From Spirochaetia bacterium (GTDB lineage Bacteria > Spirochaetota > Spirochaetia > SZUA-6 > Bin103): a stretch of 64,000 nucleotides of DNA. Each line of letters starts with the position of its first letter. The first letter of the stretch is position 1. Shown here in pieces: positions 30,159-40,567 of the stretch. Below the pieces are notes generated by a model, which worked only from the letters and a program-made list of their open reading frames with translations, was not told where the DNA came from and did not search any database. The DNA lies in contig CBDBOV010000006.1 of the NCBI GenBank assembly GCA_965208575.1, positions 832,001 through 896,000 of the forward strand. The letters are read 5' to 3'. The translations under genes and the position numbers were made by a program.

Positions 30159-31094
30159 GTGAGCCGGCACCCGGCCGTGGCCGTCGGCGCCTGGTGGCTG
30201 GCGGTTCGCCCGCGCACGCTGTGGGCGGCGGTGGCGCCGGTGCTGGCCGGCAGCGCGCTGGCGCTGTGGCACGGCTCCCTGGCGCTGCCGTGGGCGCTGG
30301 TGGCGCTGGCCGGCGCGCTGCTGATCCAGGTCGGCTGCAACCTGCACAACGACTGGGCCGACGCCCGCCACGGCGCCGACACCGCGGACCGGGTCGGTCC
30401 GACGCGGGTGACACAGGCGGGACTGATCCCGCCCCGGCAGGTGCTGGCTGGCGCGCTGGTGATGTTTGCCGGCGCCGCCGCCCTGGGGGTGGCGGGGGTC
30501 GCGCGCGCCGGCTGGCCGCTGGCGGTGCTTCTGGCCGCCTGCGTCGCGGCCGCGATCAGCTATACCGGCGGTCCGCGACCGCTCGGCTACCTCGGCCTCG
30601 GCGACCTGCTGGTGCTGGTGTTCTTCGGCCCGGTGGCGGTCGGCGCCACCTACTACCTGCAGACGCTGGCGCTGCCGCCGCTGGTGCTCGCCGTCGGCCT
30701 GGGGCCCGGCCTGCTGGCTACCGCCATCCTGGTGGTCAACAACCTGCGCGACCGCGCCACCGACGAGCAGGCCGGCAAGCGCACGCTGGCGGTCCGCTTC
30801 GGCGACCGCTTCGCGCGCGCCGAGTACCTGGCCTGCCTGCTGGCAGGCGTCCTGCTGCCGCCGGTGACGCTCCTGGCCGCCGGCACCGGCGGCGCACGCT
30901 GGCCGGCGGCGCTGCCGCTCCTGGCGCTCATTCCGGCCGTCCGGTTGAACGCCCGGCTGCGCACGACCCGGCCCGGCCCGGAGTTGAACCCCCTGCTCGC
31001 CCGCACCGCCCAGCTACTCCTGCTGCAGGCCGTCCTGCTGCTCGCCGGCGCCGCCGTGGCCGCGCTTGCAGGCCTGGCGCGCGCGGTCTCATGA
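30159..31094 (+). CDS. menA: 1,4-dihydroxy-2-naphthoate polyprenyltransferase
   Basis: RPRTL, NLHNDWAD...DTADRVGP, YTGGP, NNLRD...D...GKRTLAV. Confidence 0.92.
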   Translation: MSRHPAVAVGAWWLAVRPRTLWAAVAPVLAGSALALWHGSLALPWALVALAGALLIQVGCNLHNDWADARHGADTADRVGPTRVTQAGLIPPRQVLAGALVMFAGAAALGVAGVARAGWPLAVLLAACVAAAISYTGGPRPLGYLGLGDLLVLVFFGPVAVGATYYLQTLALPPLVLAVGLGPGLLATAILVVNNLRDRATDEQAGKRTLAVRFGDRFARAEYLACLLAGVLLPPVTLLAAGTGGARWPAALPLLALIPAVRLNARLRTTRPGPELNPLLARTAQLLLLQAVLLLAGAAVAALAGLARAVS

Positions 31095-31383
31095 CCCGTT
31101 CCGGCCGGCTCGTCCCCGTGGTCCCGGGCACCGTACAGGTTGAGCGGCGCCTGCCCGGCCGCGGAGCCGCGTGCGCCGGCGTGGCCGGGACGGACGCGAC
31201 CGGCTCGACCGTCGCTTTCGCGCGCGACTACCCCGCGCGCATCGCGGCCGCGAGGTGCGCCGCAGCCTCGGCAGGAACACCGCGAACGGCGCCTCCGACG
31301 CCCGCCGCCGCATGCCACGCAGCGCGCACCGAGTCAGGCCCGGGCGCGCCGGTACCGCGGCAGACCCCACGCGGGGAGCGGGC

Positions 31384-32829
31384 ATGACCGGGTCGGGCGA
31401 CCCGCTTGCCGCGCTCGCGCCGGAAGGCACGCTCGACCTGACCGCTCTCGGTAAGCGCTACGGGCCGGCCCCTGCGATGCGGTGGCGTGGACACACCGTC
31501 AGCTACGCGGCGTACGCGCGGCGCGCAGCGCAAGCCGCCGCCGCGCTGTGTGTTGACGGTGTGAAGCCGAAGCACCGCGTCGCGCTGCCCGCCGAGCTCG
31601 ACCCCCCAACCTGGGCCGCTACCCTGCTGGGCGTGCTCGCCACCGGCGCGCTGGCGGTGCTGCTGCCCGCACGCGCCGCGCCGCGCGAACGGCAACGGCT
31701 GCTGCAACGGACCGGGGCGTTCGAGTGGCGTCCGCCGTCGGCGTCTGCGACCGGGGCGCCGGCCGCCCCGCTACGCATAGCCACTCAGCGTCCCGCCACG
31801 GTGGTGTTCACCTCAGGCTCCTCCGGTGCGGCCAAGGCGGTGGTGCACAGCACCGCCAATCACCTGTACAACGCCGCCGGCTCGGCGGCCAACATCCCGC
31901 TCGGACCGGACGACGCCTGGCTGGTGGCGTTGCCGCTCAGTCACGTGGCCGGGCTCAGCATCCTGTTTCGTACCCTCGGCTCCGGCGCCTGCGCCCTGTT
32001 CGCCGACCGCGGGGCGTTCCAGGACGCGGACGATCCGGCCGCGCGCCTGCTGCCGGCCGCCACCCACGTGTCGCTGGTGGAGACCCAGCTTCGCCGCCTG
32101 CTGCAGATTCCGGGGTGGCAGGGGCTGACCCGGCGCGTGCGCGCCGCGCTGATCGGCGGCAGCGCGCTGTCCGCCCCGCTGCTGCGCCGGGCCCGCGACG
32201 CCGGCTTGCCGGTGTGCGCCTCCTACGGCTGCACGGAGATGGCCTCGCAGGTCGCCACCACCCGTCCCGGCGACCCGCGCGAGACCTTTTCCGGCGCCGC
32301 ACCCGTGCTGCCCCACCGGGAGGTCGCGGTCAGCACCGGCGGCGAGATCCTGCTCGGTGGGCGTACCCTGTGCCTCGGCTACCTCGAACGGGAACGCGTG
32401 CGGCCGGCTGCCGGCGCCGGCGGCTGGTTCGCCAGCGGCGACCTGGGCCGGCTCGACGGCGAACGGCTGTCGGTAACCGGACGCCGCGACGCCCGCTTCA
32501 TTTCCGGCGGCGAGAACATCCAGCCCGAGGAAGTGGAGCGGGCGCTGCTCGAACACCCGGCGGTGCTCGCGGCGGTGTGCGTGGCGGTGCCGGACACCGA
32601 GTTCGGCAGGCGCCCGGCGGCCTTTCTTTCCGTGGCGTCGGGTGCGCTGCCTCCGCGCGACATCGAAGCCCATCTCACCCCCCGCCTCGCTCGCTTCAAG
32701 CACCCGGTACGCTACTTTCCCCTGCCGGCGCAACCGAGTGCCACCGGCGACGCGGGCAGCGGCGCCATCAAGCACGCGCGCAGAGCGCTCGCGGCTCGTG
32801 CAGCGCGGACTGTCGCCGAGGCGCACTGA
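31384..32829 (+). CDS. menE: o-succinylbenzoate-CoA ligase
   Basis: FTSGSSG...K, LPLSHVAG, SYGCTEMASQ, GDLG, GRRDARFISGGENIQPEEVE; next to menA. Confidence 0.85.
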   Translation: MTGSGDPLAALAPEGTLDLTALGKRYGPAPAMRWRGHTVSYAAYARRAAQAAAALCVDGVKPKHRVALPAELDPPTWAATLLGVLATGALAVLLPARAAPRERQRLLQRTGAFEWRPPSASATGAPAAPLRIATQRPATVVFTSGSSGAAKAVVHSTANHLYNAAGSAANIPLGPDDAWLVALPLSHVAGLSILFRTLGSGACALFADRGAFQDADDPAARLLPAATHVSLVETQLRRLLQIPGWQGLTRRVRAALIGGSALSAPLLRRARDAGLPVCASYGCTEMASQVATTRPGDPRETFSGAAPVLPHREVAVSTGGEILLGGRTLCLGYLERERVRPAAGAGGWFASGDLGRLDGERLSVTGRRDARFISGGENIQPEEVERALLEHPAVLAAVCVAVPDTEFGRRPAAFLSVASGALPPRDIEAHLTPRLARFKHPVRYFPLPAQPSATGDAGSGAIKHARRALAARAARTVAEAH

Positions 32830-32901
32830 TGCCGCGCGGGACGCGCCGTGCGGTCGGTTGACGGCCGCGGCTCGTGCCCGTACCGTTGCTGGTGAGGCTG
32901 G

Positions 32902-33387
32902 GTGGTGGAGTATCTGCCCTACATCTGGGCCGCGTTGGGACTGGTGCTGATCGGCGCCGAGCTCCTGCTGCCGAGCTTCATGATCTTCTTCTTCGGCGCC
33001 GGGGCGCTGGTCACCGCGGCGCTGACCGCGCTCATTCCGGGGCTGCGCGAGCACCTGCTCCCGCAGGTGCTGGTATGGCTCGGGGCCTCCACGGCCACGT
33101 TGTTCTCGCTGCGCCACTGGCTGCGAGGGGTGTTCGGAGGCAGCGTGCAGCGCGATCGCGAACAGGAGGATGTCGCCGGCAAGCAGGCGGTGGTAGTGGA
33201 GGCGATTTCTCCGCAGCGTCCGGGGCGGGTGCGGTTTCAGGGGACGACCTGGGAGGCGCGCAGCTACGAGGGCAGCTTCACCCCGGGGAGCGCGGTGCAG
33301 ATCGTCAAGAACGACAATTTGGCCCTGGTAGTGACCCGCGTGTTCAGCGACGACATGCTGGACGACGGCGGCGGCGAGGAGGGCTGA
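32902..33387 (+). CDS. NfeD-like membrane protein
   Basis: WAALGLVLIGAELLLP, GRVRFQGTTWEA OB-fold; upstream of SPFH genes. Confidence 0.88.
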   Translation: MVEYLPYIWAALGLVLIGAELLLPSFMIFFFGAGALVTAALTALIPGLREHLLPQVLVWLGASTATLFSLRHWLRGVFGGSVQRDREQEDVAGKQAVVVEAISPQRPGRVRFQGTTWEARSYEGSFTPGSAVQIVKNDNLALVVTRVFSDDMLDDGGGEEG

Positions 33388-34340
33388 TGGTATTCGATAT
33401 CGTGGTGGCGCTGCTGGCGGTAGGTGTCGCGGTGTGGCTGTTCTCCCGCCTGGTGCGCATCGTGCCGGAACAGGAGACCTACATCGTCGAACGACTCGGC
33501 AAGTTCACCCGCATGCTCGGCCCCGGCTTCCACGTGCTCATTCCGCTCCTGGAACGCGTCGCCTACCGGCAGAACCTCAAGGAGGAAGCGATCGACGTGC
33601 CGCCGCAAGTCTGCATCACCCAGGACAACGTCCAGGTAGAGGTGGACGGCGTGCTGTACCTGCGGGTGGTCGATCCGCAGAAGGCGAGCTACGGCATCGA
33701 CGACTTTCGCTTCGCCACCACCCAGTTGGCGCAGACGACGATGCGCTCGGAGATCGGCAAGATCAACCTGGAGCGCAGCTTCTCCGAACGCGAGGCGTTG
33801 AACGACGCCATCGTGCGCAGCGTGGACGAGGCGTCCGATCCGTGGGGCATCAAGGTGACCCGCTACGAGATTCGCGACATCGCACCGCCGCCCGGGGTAC
33901 TGGAGGCGATGGAGCAGCAGATGCGCGCCGAACGCGAGAAGCGGGCCCGCATTCTGGAAAGCGAGGGCGCCCGCACCGCCCGCATCAACCTCTCCAAGGG
34001 CGAACGCGAGGAGGCGATCAACGTCAGCAAGGGCGAGCGCCAGCGCCGCATCAACGAGGCGCAGGGCCGGGCGCACGCCATCGAGGCCACCGCCGCGGCC
34101 ACCGCCGACGGCATCCGCGAGATCGCCGCCGCAACTCGGCTCCCGAAGGGCCAGGAGGCGCTGGCGATGCGCATCGCCGAGCAGTTCGTGGGCCAGTTCG
34201 GAGAGATCCTGGAGCGCGCCCGCACCTCGGTGATGCCGGTCGACGTCGCACAGATCCGGGCGCTGCTGCAAAGCGTTCTGCCGGCCGGCGGCGCGGCACG
34301 GTCCGCCGCGCGTCCCGACTCCGGGGAGGATCGGTCATGA
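33387..34340 (+). CDS. SPFH/band 7 (stomatin-like, paraslipin) protein
   Basis: VERLGKF, CITQDNV, AQTTMRSEIG, WGIKVTRYEI, QMRAEREKRA. Confidence 0.92.
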   Translation: MVFDIVVALLAVGVAVWLFSRLVRIVPEQETYIVERLGKFTRMLGPGFHVLIPLLERVAYRQNLKEEAIDVPPQVCITQDNVQVEVDGVLYLRVVDPQKASYGIDDFRFATTQLAQTTMRSEIGKINLERSFSEREALNDAIVRSVDEASDPWGIKVTRYEIRDIAPPPGVLEAMEQQMRAEREKRARILESEGARTARINLSKGEREEAINVSKGERQRRINEAQGRAHAIEATAAATADGIREIAAATRLPKGQEALAMRIAEQFVGQFGEILERARTSVMPVDVAQIRALLQSVLPAGGAARSAARPDSGEDRS

Positions 34341-35320
34341 CCGCACTGCTGATCATCGTTGGCCTGTTCGCGCTGGGGGTGCTGTGGGCGCTGGTGCGCA
34401 GCGTGCGCGTCGTGCGCGCGCAGACGGCATTGGTCGTGGAGCGGCTCGGCCGTTACAGCAAGACCCTGGCCGCGGGGTTTCACATCCTGGTTCCGTTCAT
34501 CGACCGGGTGCGCTATCGCCACAGCCTGAAGGAACAGGCGATGGACGTGCCGTCGCAGCCGAGCATCACCCTGGACAACGTCAAGGTGATGGTGGACGGC
34601 GTGCTCTACTACCGCGTGGTCGATCCGCGTGCCGCCAGCTACGGCATCAAGAACTACCAGTACGCCACCGTGCAACTCGCCCAGACCACGATGCGCTCGG
34701 TGATCGGCCAGTTGGAGCTGGACCGCACGTTCGAGGAACGCGAGCGCATCAACGCGCAGATCGTCGCCAGCGTCGACCAGGCGTCCGACCCGTGGGGTGT
34801 GAAGGTGACCCGCTACGAAGTGCAGAACATCAATGTTCCCGCCAGCGTGCTGGAGTCGATGGAGTACCAGATCCGCGCGGAACGGGACAAACGGGCCGTG
34901 ATCGCGCGCAGCGTGGGAGAGATGGAGTCGCGCATCAACCGTTCCATGGCGGAGATGCAGGAGGCGATCAACAAGAGCGAGGGCGAGAAGCAGCGCCAGA
35001 TCAACGAGGCCGAGGGCCAGGCCGAGGAGATCACCGCGCTCGCCCGCGCCACCGCGACCGGGCTGCGCGAGGTGGCCGGCGCGATCGCCGCCGCCGGCGG
35101 CGAGGACGCGATGCTCCTGCGGATCGCCGAGGCCTACCTGGATCAGCTCCGCAAGCTGTCGAACAGCGCCACCGAGGTGGTGCTGCCGATGGACCTGACC
35201 GACATCGGCTCGGTAGTGGACGCGCTGCGCGGCGTCCTGCAGCCGGGTGCAAGCCCCGGCCGGGCGATGCCGCGACCGTCACCGCCGTCAAGTTCGACTG
35301 CAGACGGTCGCGATGAATGA
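34337..35320 (+). CDS. SPFH/band 7 protein, paralog 2
   Basis: VERLGRY, ITLDNV, AQTTMRSVIG, WGVKVTRYEV; ATGA overlap. Confidence 0.92.
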   Translation: MTALLIIVGLFALGVLWALVRSVRVVRAQTALVVERLGRYSKTLAAGFHILVPFIDRVRYRHSLKEQAMDVPSQPSITLDNVKVMVDGVLYYRVVDPRAASYGIKNYQYATVQLAQTTMRSVIGQLELDRTFEERERINAQIVASVDQASDPWGVKVTRYEVQNINVPASVLESMEYQIRAERDKRAVIARSVGEMESRINRSMAEMQEAINKSEGEKQRQINEAEGQAEEITALARATATGLREVAGAIAAAGGEDAMLLRIAEAYLDQLRKLSNSATEVVLPMDLTDIGSVVDALRGVLQPGASPGRAMPRPSPPSSSTADGRDE

Positions 35321-35415
35321 CCGCCGCGGGCCGTCCTGTGACGGGGAGCAGGTCCGGCTTCCCAGGTTCGTGCCGGAGGACCGGATCCTCGGCGCGTGGA
35401 CGGGCAGGTCGAGCC
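35313..35415 (+). pseudogene. N-terminal remnant of an ADP-ribosylglycohydrolase paralog
   Basis: MNDRRGPSCDGEQVRLPRFVPEDRILGAWTGRS mirrors MMKSSHGASYDDQLVRIPKFVLEDRILGAWVGKS at 36305. Confidence 0.7.
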
Positions 35416-35610
35416 GGGCTGAGACGCACGGCACTCGACCGCGCGCCGTTCGTGCCCGCCGCTACGCCACTCCACGCCGCCCACTCGAAGCCGCCCACTC
35501 CATGCCGTTGTGGTACCATGCGGCCCCGGCATCGGGTGGTCCCACCACCGGCCGGCGTATCAGTCTCTGCGCGTTGATCACGCGAGTATACCGGCAAACA
35601 GGGGGTTACC

Positions 35611-36294
35611 GTGACGGACGAGCCTGAGTGGAGCTACGAAGGAGACCACGGGCCGGCCTGCTGGGGGTCGATGGACGAGGCATTCTCCACCTGCGCCGAC
35701 GGTGCCGAGCAGTCCCCGATCGATCTCGTGGACGGCGTGGTGGACGGCCGCCATCCGCCGGTCGCATTCGACTATGGACCACGCGCCGGCACGGTCGTGA
35801 ACACCGGCCGCACCATCCAGGTGAACGTCGACCGGGGCAGCGGCATCACGATCGGCGGCACGCTGTTCGAACTGCTGCAATTCCACTTCCACCACGCCAG
35901 CGAGCACACGGTCGGCCGCACGCGGTACCCGATGGAGATGCACCTGGTGCATCGCAGCGACGGCGGCGCCCTCGCGGTGGTCGGCGTGCTGATCCGGGAG
36001 GGTGCGGCCAACGAAGCGCTGGCACCGATCTGGGCGCGCCTGCCTCGTCAGACCGGCTCGCAGGCGGTGCTGCCGGACGCGGTGCAGGTAGCGGCGCTGC
36101 TGCCGGCGACACGGACCGCCTGGCGTTACCGCGGGTCGCTCACCACGCCGCCCTGTACCGAGGGGGTTTCCTGGATCGTCATGACCGAGCCTGTTACGCT
36201 GTCGGGTGCGCAGATCGCGGCGATGGGCGCCCTCTACCCGCGCAACTTCCGGCCCATACAGCCGCTGGGGCGACGCTCCCTGGGCCGCGTCTGA
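35611..36294 (+). CDS. Alpha-class carbonic anhydrase
   Basis: WSYEG...QSPIDL, QFHFHHASEH, EMHLVH (Zn ligands), YRGSLTTPPCTEGV, NFRPIQP. Confidence 0.95.
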   Translation: MTDEPEWSYEGDHGPACWGSMDEAFSTCADGAEQSPIDLVDGVVDGRHPPVAFDYGPRAGTVVNTGRTIQVNVDRGSGITIGGTLFELLQFHFHHASEHTVGRTRYPMEMHLVHRSDGGALAVVGVLIREGAANEALAPIWARLPRQTGSQAVLPDAVQVAALLPATRTAWRYRGSLTTPPCTEGVSWIVMTEPVTLSGAQIAAMGALYPRNFRPIQPLGRRSLGRV

Positions 36295-36304
36295 GGCACG
36301 CGCC

Positions 36305-37864
36305 ATGATGAAATCAAGCCACGGGGCGAGCTACGACGATCAACTGGTACGGATTCCGAAGTTCGTGCTGGAGGACCGGATCCTCGGCGCGTGGGTGGGC
36401 AAGTCGTACGGCGCGGCGATGGGCGAACCGCTGGAGTTCGCGTTCAACGGGCGCATCTTCCTGGGCGCGGTGGACGTACAGCAGCACGCGCTGCGCGAGT
36501 GGCTGGTCAACGAAGACGACCTGTACATGAACATGGCGATGCTGGCGGTGGTGGCCGACAGGGGGCTGGCCGCGACCAGCGAGGACTTCGCCGCGCCCTA
36601 CCGGGAGGGCAAGTTCCTGGTGTGGCACGCCAACGGCCAGGCGCGGCAGAACCTGCTGGCCGGCATCCCCGCCGAGCTGGCCGGGCATCCGGCCTACAAC
36701 CCGCACGCCGACGATATCGACTTTCAGATCGAGTGCGACTACATCGGCATGATCTCGCCGGGTCTGCCGGAGGCCGCGCAGGACCTGTGTCGGCGCCAGG
36801 GGCGGGTGGTGAACTACGGCGACGGCATCTACGGCGGCATGTTCTTCACCGCCATGTACGCGGCCGCCTGGTTCGAGACCGACCCGCGCCGCGTCGTCGA
36901 GCTCGGCCGGCGGGCGATCCCGGCGGACAGCAGGTACGGCCTCCTGATCGACGACCTGCTCGCCTGCCACCGCGACCATCCCGATGACTGGATGGCGGCG
37001 TGGCGCGCGATCGAGGGCAAGTGGAACCACGACCTGTGCCCGTGGGGCCCCACCGAGCCGGGCGGCAAGTTCAACATCCAGGCCAGCTTCAACGGCGCCT
37101 ACGTGGCGCTCGGCCTGCTGTACTCCGGCGGCGACTACTACCGCGCCATCGAGATCACCACCCGCGCCGGCCAGGACACCGACAGCAACACCGCCAACAC
37201 CGGCGGCATCATGGGCACGCTGGTCGGCTACGAGGGGCTGCCCGAGCGCGTGAAGCGGGAGATGTGGCCCTACCTGAACCGCATCTACCACCACACCAGG
37301 TACTCGATCGTCACCGCCACCGACGAGTGCGTGCGCCTTGCCGCCGCCAACGTGGTGGCCAACGGCGGCCGGCAACGGGGATCCGACCTGGTGGTACGCC
37401 GCCAGCCGTTCCACCACGATGCGCCGGCCGAGGTTTCCTTCCCCGGCCTGGAGCCGGTCGATGCGTTCGCCGCCACCGATGCACGGCTGGTATGGCGCGG
37501 GCAGTGGGCCCGGCACGGCGAGGGGGAGCCGCTGATGCGTAGCGACACGCCGGGCGACGCGCTGGAGGTGAGCTTTCGCGGCAACGTGATCTTCGTGCAG
37601 GGCGACATCCACTGCACCTGCGGCGTGCTGGAGGCGCGGGTCGACGGCGAACTGGTGCAGGAGCGCGACATGTACCACCCCAAGCAGTGGGTCAACGCCT
37701 GCCAGTGCACGGCGGTGTGGGTGACCGGCCTGGCCGACGGTGAGCACCGGCTGCAGGTGCGCGTCACCGGGCGCCGGAACCCGGCCGCCGAGGGAGTGGG
37801 GGTCACGCTCGGGCGCGTGGTCTCCTACACCGGCCGAGTCGCCGATCTGCCGGAACCCTGCTGA
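36305..37864 (+). CDS. ADP-ribosylglycohydrolase-fold protein with a C-terminal beta-sandwich
   Basis: DRILGAWVG...G, NEDDLY, GQDTDSNTANTGG. Confidence 0.85.
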   Translation: MMKSSHGASYDDQLVRIPKFVLEDRILGAWVGKSYGAAMGEPLEFAFNGRIFLGAVDVQQHALREWLVNEDDLYMNMAMLAVVADRGLAATSEDFAAPYREGKFLVWHANGQARQNLLAGIPAELAGHPAYNPHADDIDFQIECDYIGMISPGLPEAAQDLCRRQGRVVNYGDGIYGGMFFTAMYAAAWFETDPRRVVELGRRAIPADSRYGLLIDDLLACHRDHPDDWMAAWRAIEGKWNHDLCPWGPTEPGGKFNIQASFNGAYVALGLLYSGGDYYRAIEITTRAGQDTDSNTANTGGIMGTLVGYEGLPERVKREMWPYLNRIYHHTRYSIVTATDECVRLAAANVVANGGRQRGSDLVVRRQPFHHDAPAEVSFPGLEPVDAFAATDARLVWRGQWARHGEGEPLMRSDTPGDALEVSFRGNVIFVQGDIHCTCGVLEARVDGELVQERDMYHPKQWVNACQCTAVWVTGLADGEHRLQVRVTGRRNPAAEGVGVTLGRVVSYTGRVADLPEPC

Positions 37865-37951
37865 CGCTGCCCACGCAACCCGCCCGGTCAGCGGCAGGCA
37901 CGATTCCGTGTGCTACACTGGCCGGCAGGGCGCCGTTCGGGCATTCCGCGG

Positions 37952-39649
37952 ATGAATTTCAATACCACCAACAACACGTTCCGCCAACTGATGGGCAACG
38001 GGCTCAGCTACCGGGTGCCGTTGTTCCAGCGCGACTACTCGTGGGGGCCTGACGAGTGGGACGACCTGTGGCAGGACATTGTCGCGCTCTTCGAACCCGA
38101 TCCGGAGCCCGCCCACTACATGGGCTACCTGGTGTTGCAGTCCGCGGACAACCGTGCGTTCGACATCATCGACGGTCAGCAGCGCATGACCACGCTCAGC
38201 CTGCTGATGCTCGCCGCCGTTTCCCATCTGTCGGACCTGGCGGTGCCGGATGATCCCGGAGACCCGCAAGCGCGGCGTGCCGAGCAGCTTCGCGCGAGCT
38301 ACATCGGCTACCTGGATCCGGTCAGCCTCGTGCCGCGTTCGAAGCTCACGCTCAACCGCCACAACGACAGCTTCTACCAGAATTACCTGGTGCCGCTTGA
38401 GCGGCTGCCGCAGCGCGGACTGAATGCATCAGAGCATCTCCTGCGCCGCGCGTTCTCCTGGTTCAAGGATCGCATCCGGCGGCGATCGGGAATTGACGGA
38501 ACGGGAGTCGCCAGCTTCGTCGACGGGGCGGTGGACAAGCTCTTCTTTACCGTCATAACCGTGACCGACGAGTTGAACGCATTCAAGGTCTTCGAGACGC
38601 TGAACGCCCGCGGCGTACGCCTCTCGGCGACTGACCTGCTGAAGAACTACCTGTTTTCGGTGGTCGCTCGCGGTGGTGCTCACGAATCCGAAATCTCGTC
38701 GCTGGAGAGCCGGTGGGAGTCGATTGTCGGGCTGCTCGGCAGCGAGAGCCTGCCCGAATTCCTGCGGGTGTACTGGAACAGCCGCCACCGCCTGGTCCGC
38801 AAGGCGGACCTGTTCAAGACCATTCGTGGCGCGGTCGACGGCCGGTCCAAGGTGTTCGCCCTGGTTCGTGACCTCGATCGCCAAGCGCGGGTATACGCGG
38901 CCCTCCGCAACCCGGATGACGGCTCGTGGACCGCCGGGGAACGCGCCAGCCTGTCGCAGTTGCAGATGTTCAGCGTGCGCCAACCGCTTGCGCTGCTGCT
39001 GGCCGCGTTCGATTGCTACTCCGATGAGGACCGGGCTGGGTTTACGCGCCTGCTGCGGGCGGTAGCGGTGGTTTCGCTGCGGTACAACGTTATCTGTGGG
39101 AGGCAGAGCAACGAGCAGGAGTCCGTCTACAACCAGGTAGCCGTCGCGATTTCACAGTCGCGCCTCGCCAGCCCCGGTGCCGCGATCGAGCAGCTACGTC
39201 CGGTATACCCGGAAGACGCCGAGTTCCGGGCGGCGTTCACGGACAAGACGCTGCGCACCACCGGCACCCGCAACAAGAAGGTCGCGCGCTTCCTGTTGTT
39301 CCAGATCGAGCGGCATGCCTCCGGCAGCAGCTTCGACTTCGAGAGCGCCAAATACGACCTGGAGCACGTACTGCCCGAGAATCCCGGCGATGACTGGCAA
39401 CAGTTCGACGACCAACAGCGCGAGGCATGCACCTATCGCCTCGGCAACCTCACACTCCTCACCGCGACCGACAATCGAGCCGCCGGAAACGTCGGCTACC
39501 GTGCGAAACGACGAATCTACGGGAACAGCGAATTCGCCATCACCCGCAAGCTCGCCGAGGACTACGACACCTGGACCCCCGACAAGATCCGCGCCCGCCA
39601 GGCATGGATGGCCCGCCAAGCCACCACCATCTGGCGCATCGATTTCTAG
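37952..39649 (+). CDS. DUF262-DUF1524 protein (GmrSD/SspE-like modification-dependent nuclease)
   Basis: PLFQRDYSW, IIDGQQR, FETLNARG, LEHVLPEN, LGNLTLL...N. Confidence 0.9.
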   Translation: MNFNTTNNTFRQLMGNGLSYRVPLFQRDYSWGPDEWDDLWQDIVALFEPDPEPAHYMGYLVLQSADNRAFDIIDGQQRMTTLSLLMLAAVSHLSDLAVPDDPGDPQARRAEQLRASYIGYLDPVSLVPRSKLTLNRHNDSFYQNYLVPLERLPQRGLNASEHLLRRAFSWFKDRIRRRSGIDGTGVASFVDGAVDKLFFTVITVTDELNAFKVFETLNARGVRLSATDLLKNYLFSVVARGGAHESEISSLESRWESIVGLLGSESLPEFLRVYWNSRHRLVRKADLFKTIRGAVDGRSKVFALVRDLDRQARVYAALRNPDDGSWTAGERASLSQLQMFSVRQPLALLLAAFDCYSDEDRAGFTRLLRAVAVVSLRYNVICGRQSNEQESVYNQVAVAISQSRLASPGAAIEQLRPVYPEDAEFRAAFTDKTLRTTGTRNKKVARFLLFQIERHASGSSFDFESAKYDLEHVLPENPGDDWQQFDDQQREACTYRLGNLTLLTATDNRAAGNVGYRAKRRIYGNSEFAITRKLAEDYDTWTPDKIRARQAWMARQATTIWRIDF

Positions 39650-39718
39650 GGCGACACGCACCACCATCAGACTCAATCAAGGTAGCGGGCACTTGCGCCG
39701 CGTTCGAGGGTGGCTCAG

Positions 39719-40486
39719 TTAGTGGGCCAGGAACCCGCCGTCGACCATGTAGGTGTTGCCGCTGCTGTGGGCGCTGTCGTCGCTGGCCAGGAACAGCATC
39801 ATCCGGGCCACATCGACCGGCCGGCCGTAGTGGCCGAGCGGAATCGAGCGCACCGCCCCGGCTTTCCATTTCTCGCCTTCGCCGGGGCGGTACTGGTTCT
39901 CGATCGAGCGCATCATGCGGGTCTCGATCGGCCCCGGGTTGACAGTGTTGACGCGAATGCCGTGCTTGCCCCCCTCCAGCGCCGCGCAGCGCATCAGGCC
40001 GATCACGGCGTGCTTGCTGGTGTGGTACGGGGCCATGCCGGCCAGTCCCATCACGCCGGCCGTCGACGAGGTGATGACGATGCTGCCGCCCTTGCCGCGA
40101 TCGCGCATCGCCGCCATCGCGTACTTCAGACCCAGCCACACGCCGCGCACGTTCACCGCCATGACGCGGTCGAAATCCTCGACGGCGCAGTCGGCGATCG
40201 GATCGGTGCCGCCTTCGATGCCGGCGTTAGCCAACAAAACGTCGACCGCACCGTAGCGCTCGAGCGCCGCCGCCACGTAGGCCTGGGCCTGCGCCGGCTC
40301 GGTTACGTCGGCGGCGAAGTGGCTGACCTCGCCATCGACGGTGGACGCGGCCGCCTCCAGGGCGCCTGCGTCCAGATCCACCATCAACACCTTGGCTCCT
40401 GCCGCCGTGAACAACTGCGCCGCCGCCACGCCGATGCCGCCGGCCGCGCCGGTGATAATCGCAACCTTGTCGTCTAATCGATTCAT
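39719..40486 (-). CDS. Short-chain dehydrogenase/reductase
   Basis: TGAAGGIG, NAGI, YHTSK (YxxxK), RVNTVNPG, VDGG. Confidence 0.95.
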   Translation of the reverse strand: MNRLDDKVAIITGAAGGIGVAAAQLFTAAGAKVLMVDLDAGALEAAASTVDGEVSHFAADVTEPAQAQAYVAAALERYGAVDVLLANAGIEGGTDPIADCAVEDFDRVMAVNVRGVWLGLKYAMAAMRDRGKGGSIVITSSTAGVMGLAGMAPYHTSKHAVIGLMRCAALEGGKHGIRVNTVNPGPIETRMMRSIENQYRPGEGEKWKAGAVRSIPLGHYGRPVDVARMMLFLASDDSAHSSGNTYMVDGGFLAH

Positions 40487-40567
40487 CGCGTGACTACCCT
40501 ACCCCCCGGCGCGGCGACAGGGAAGCACGCCGAAACGAGCCGGCAGCCGGTGACGCGCCCCGGGCTG

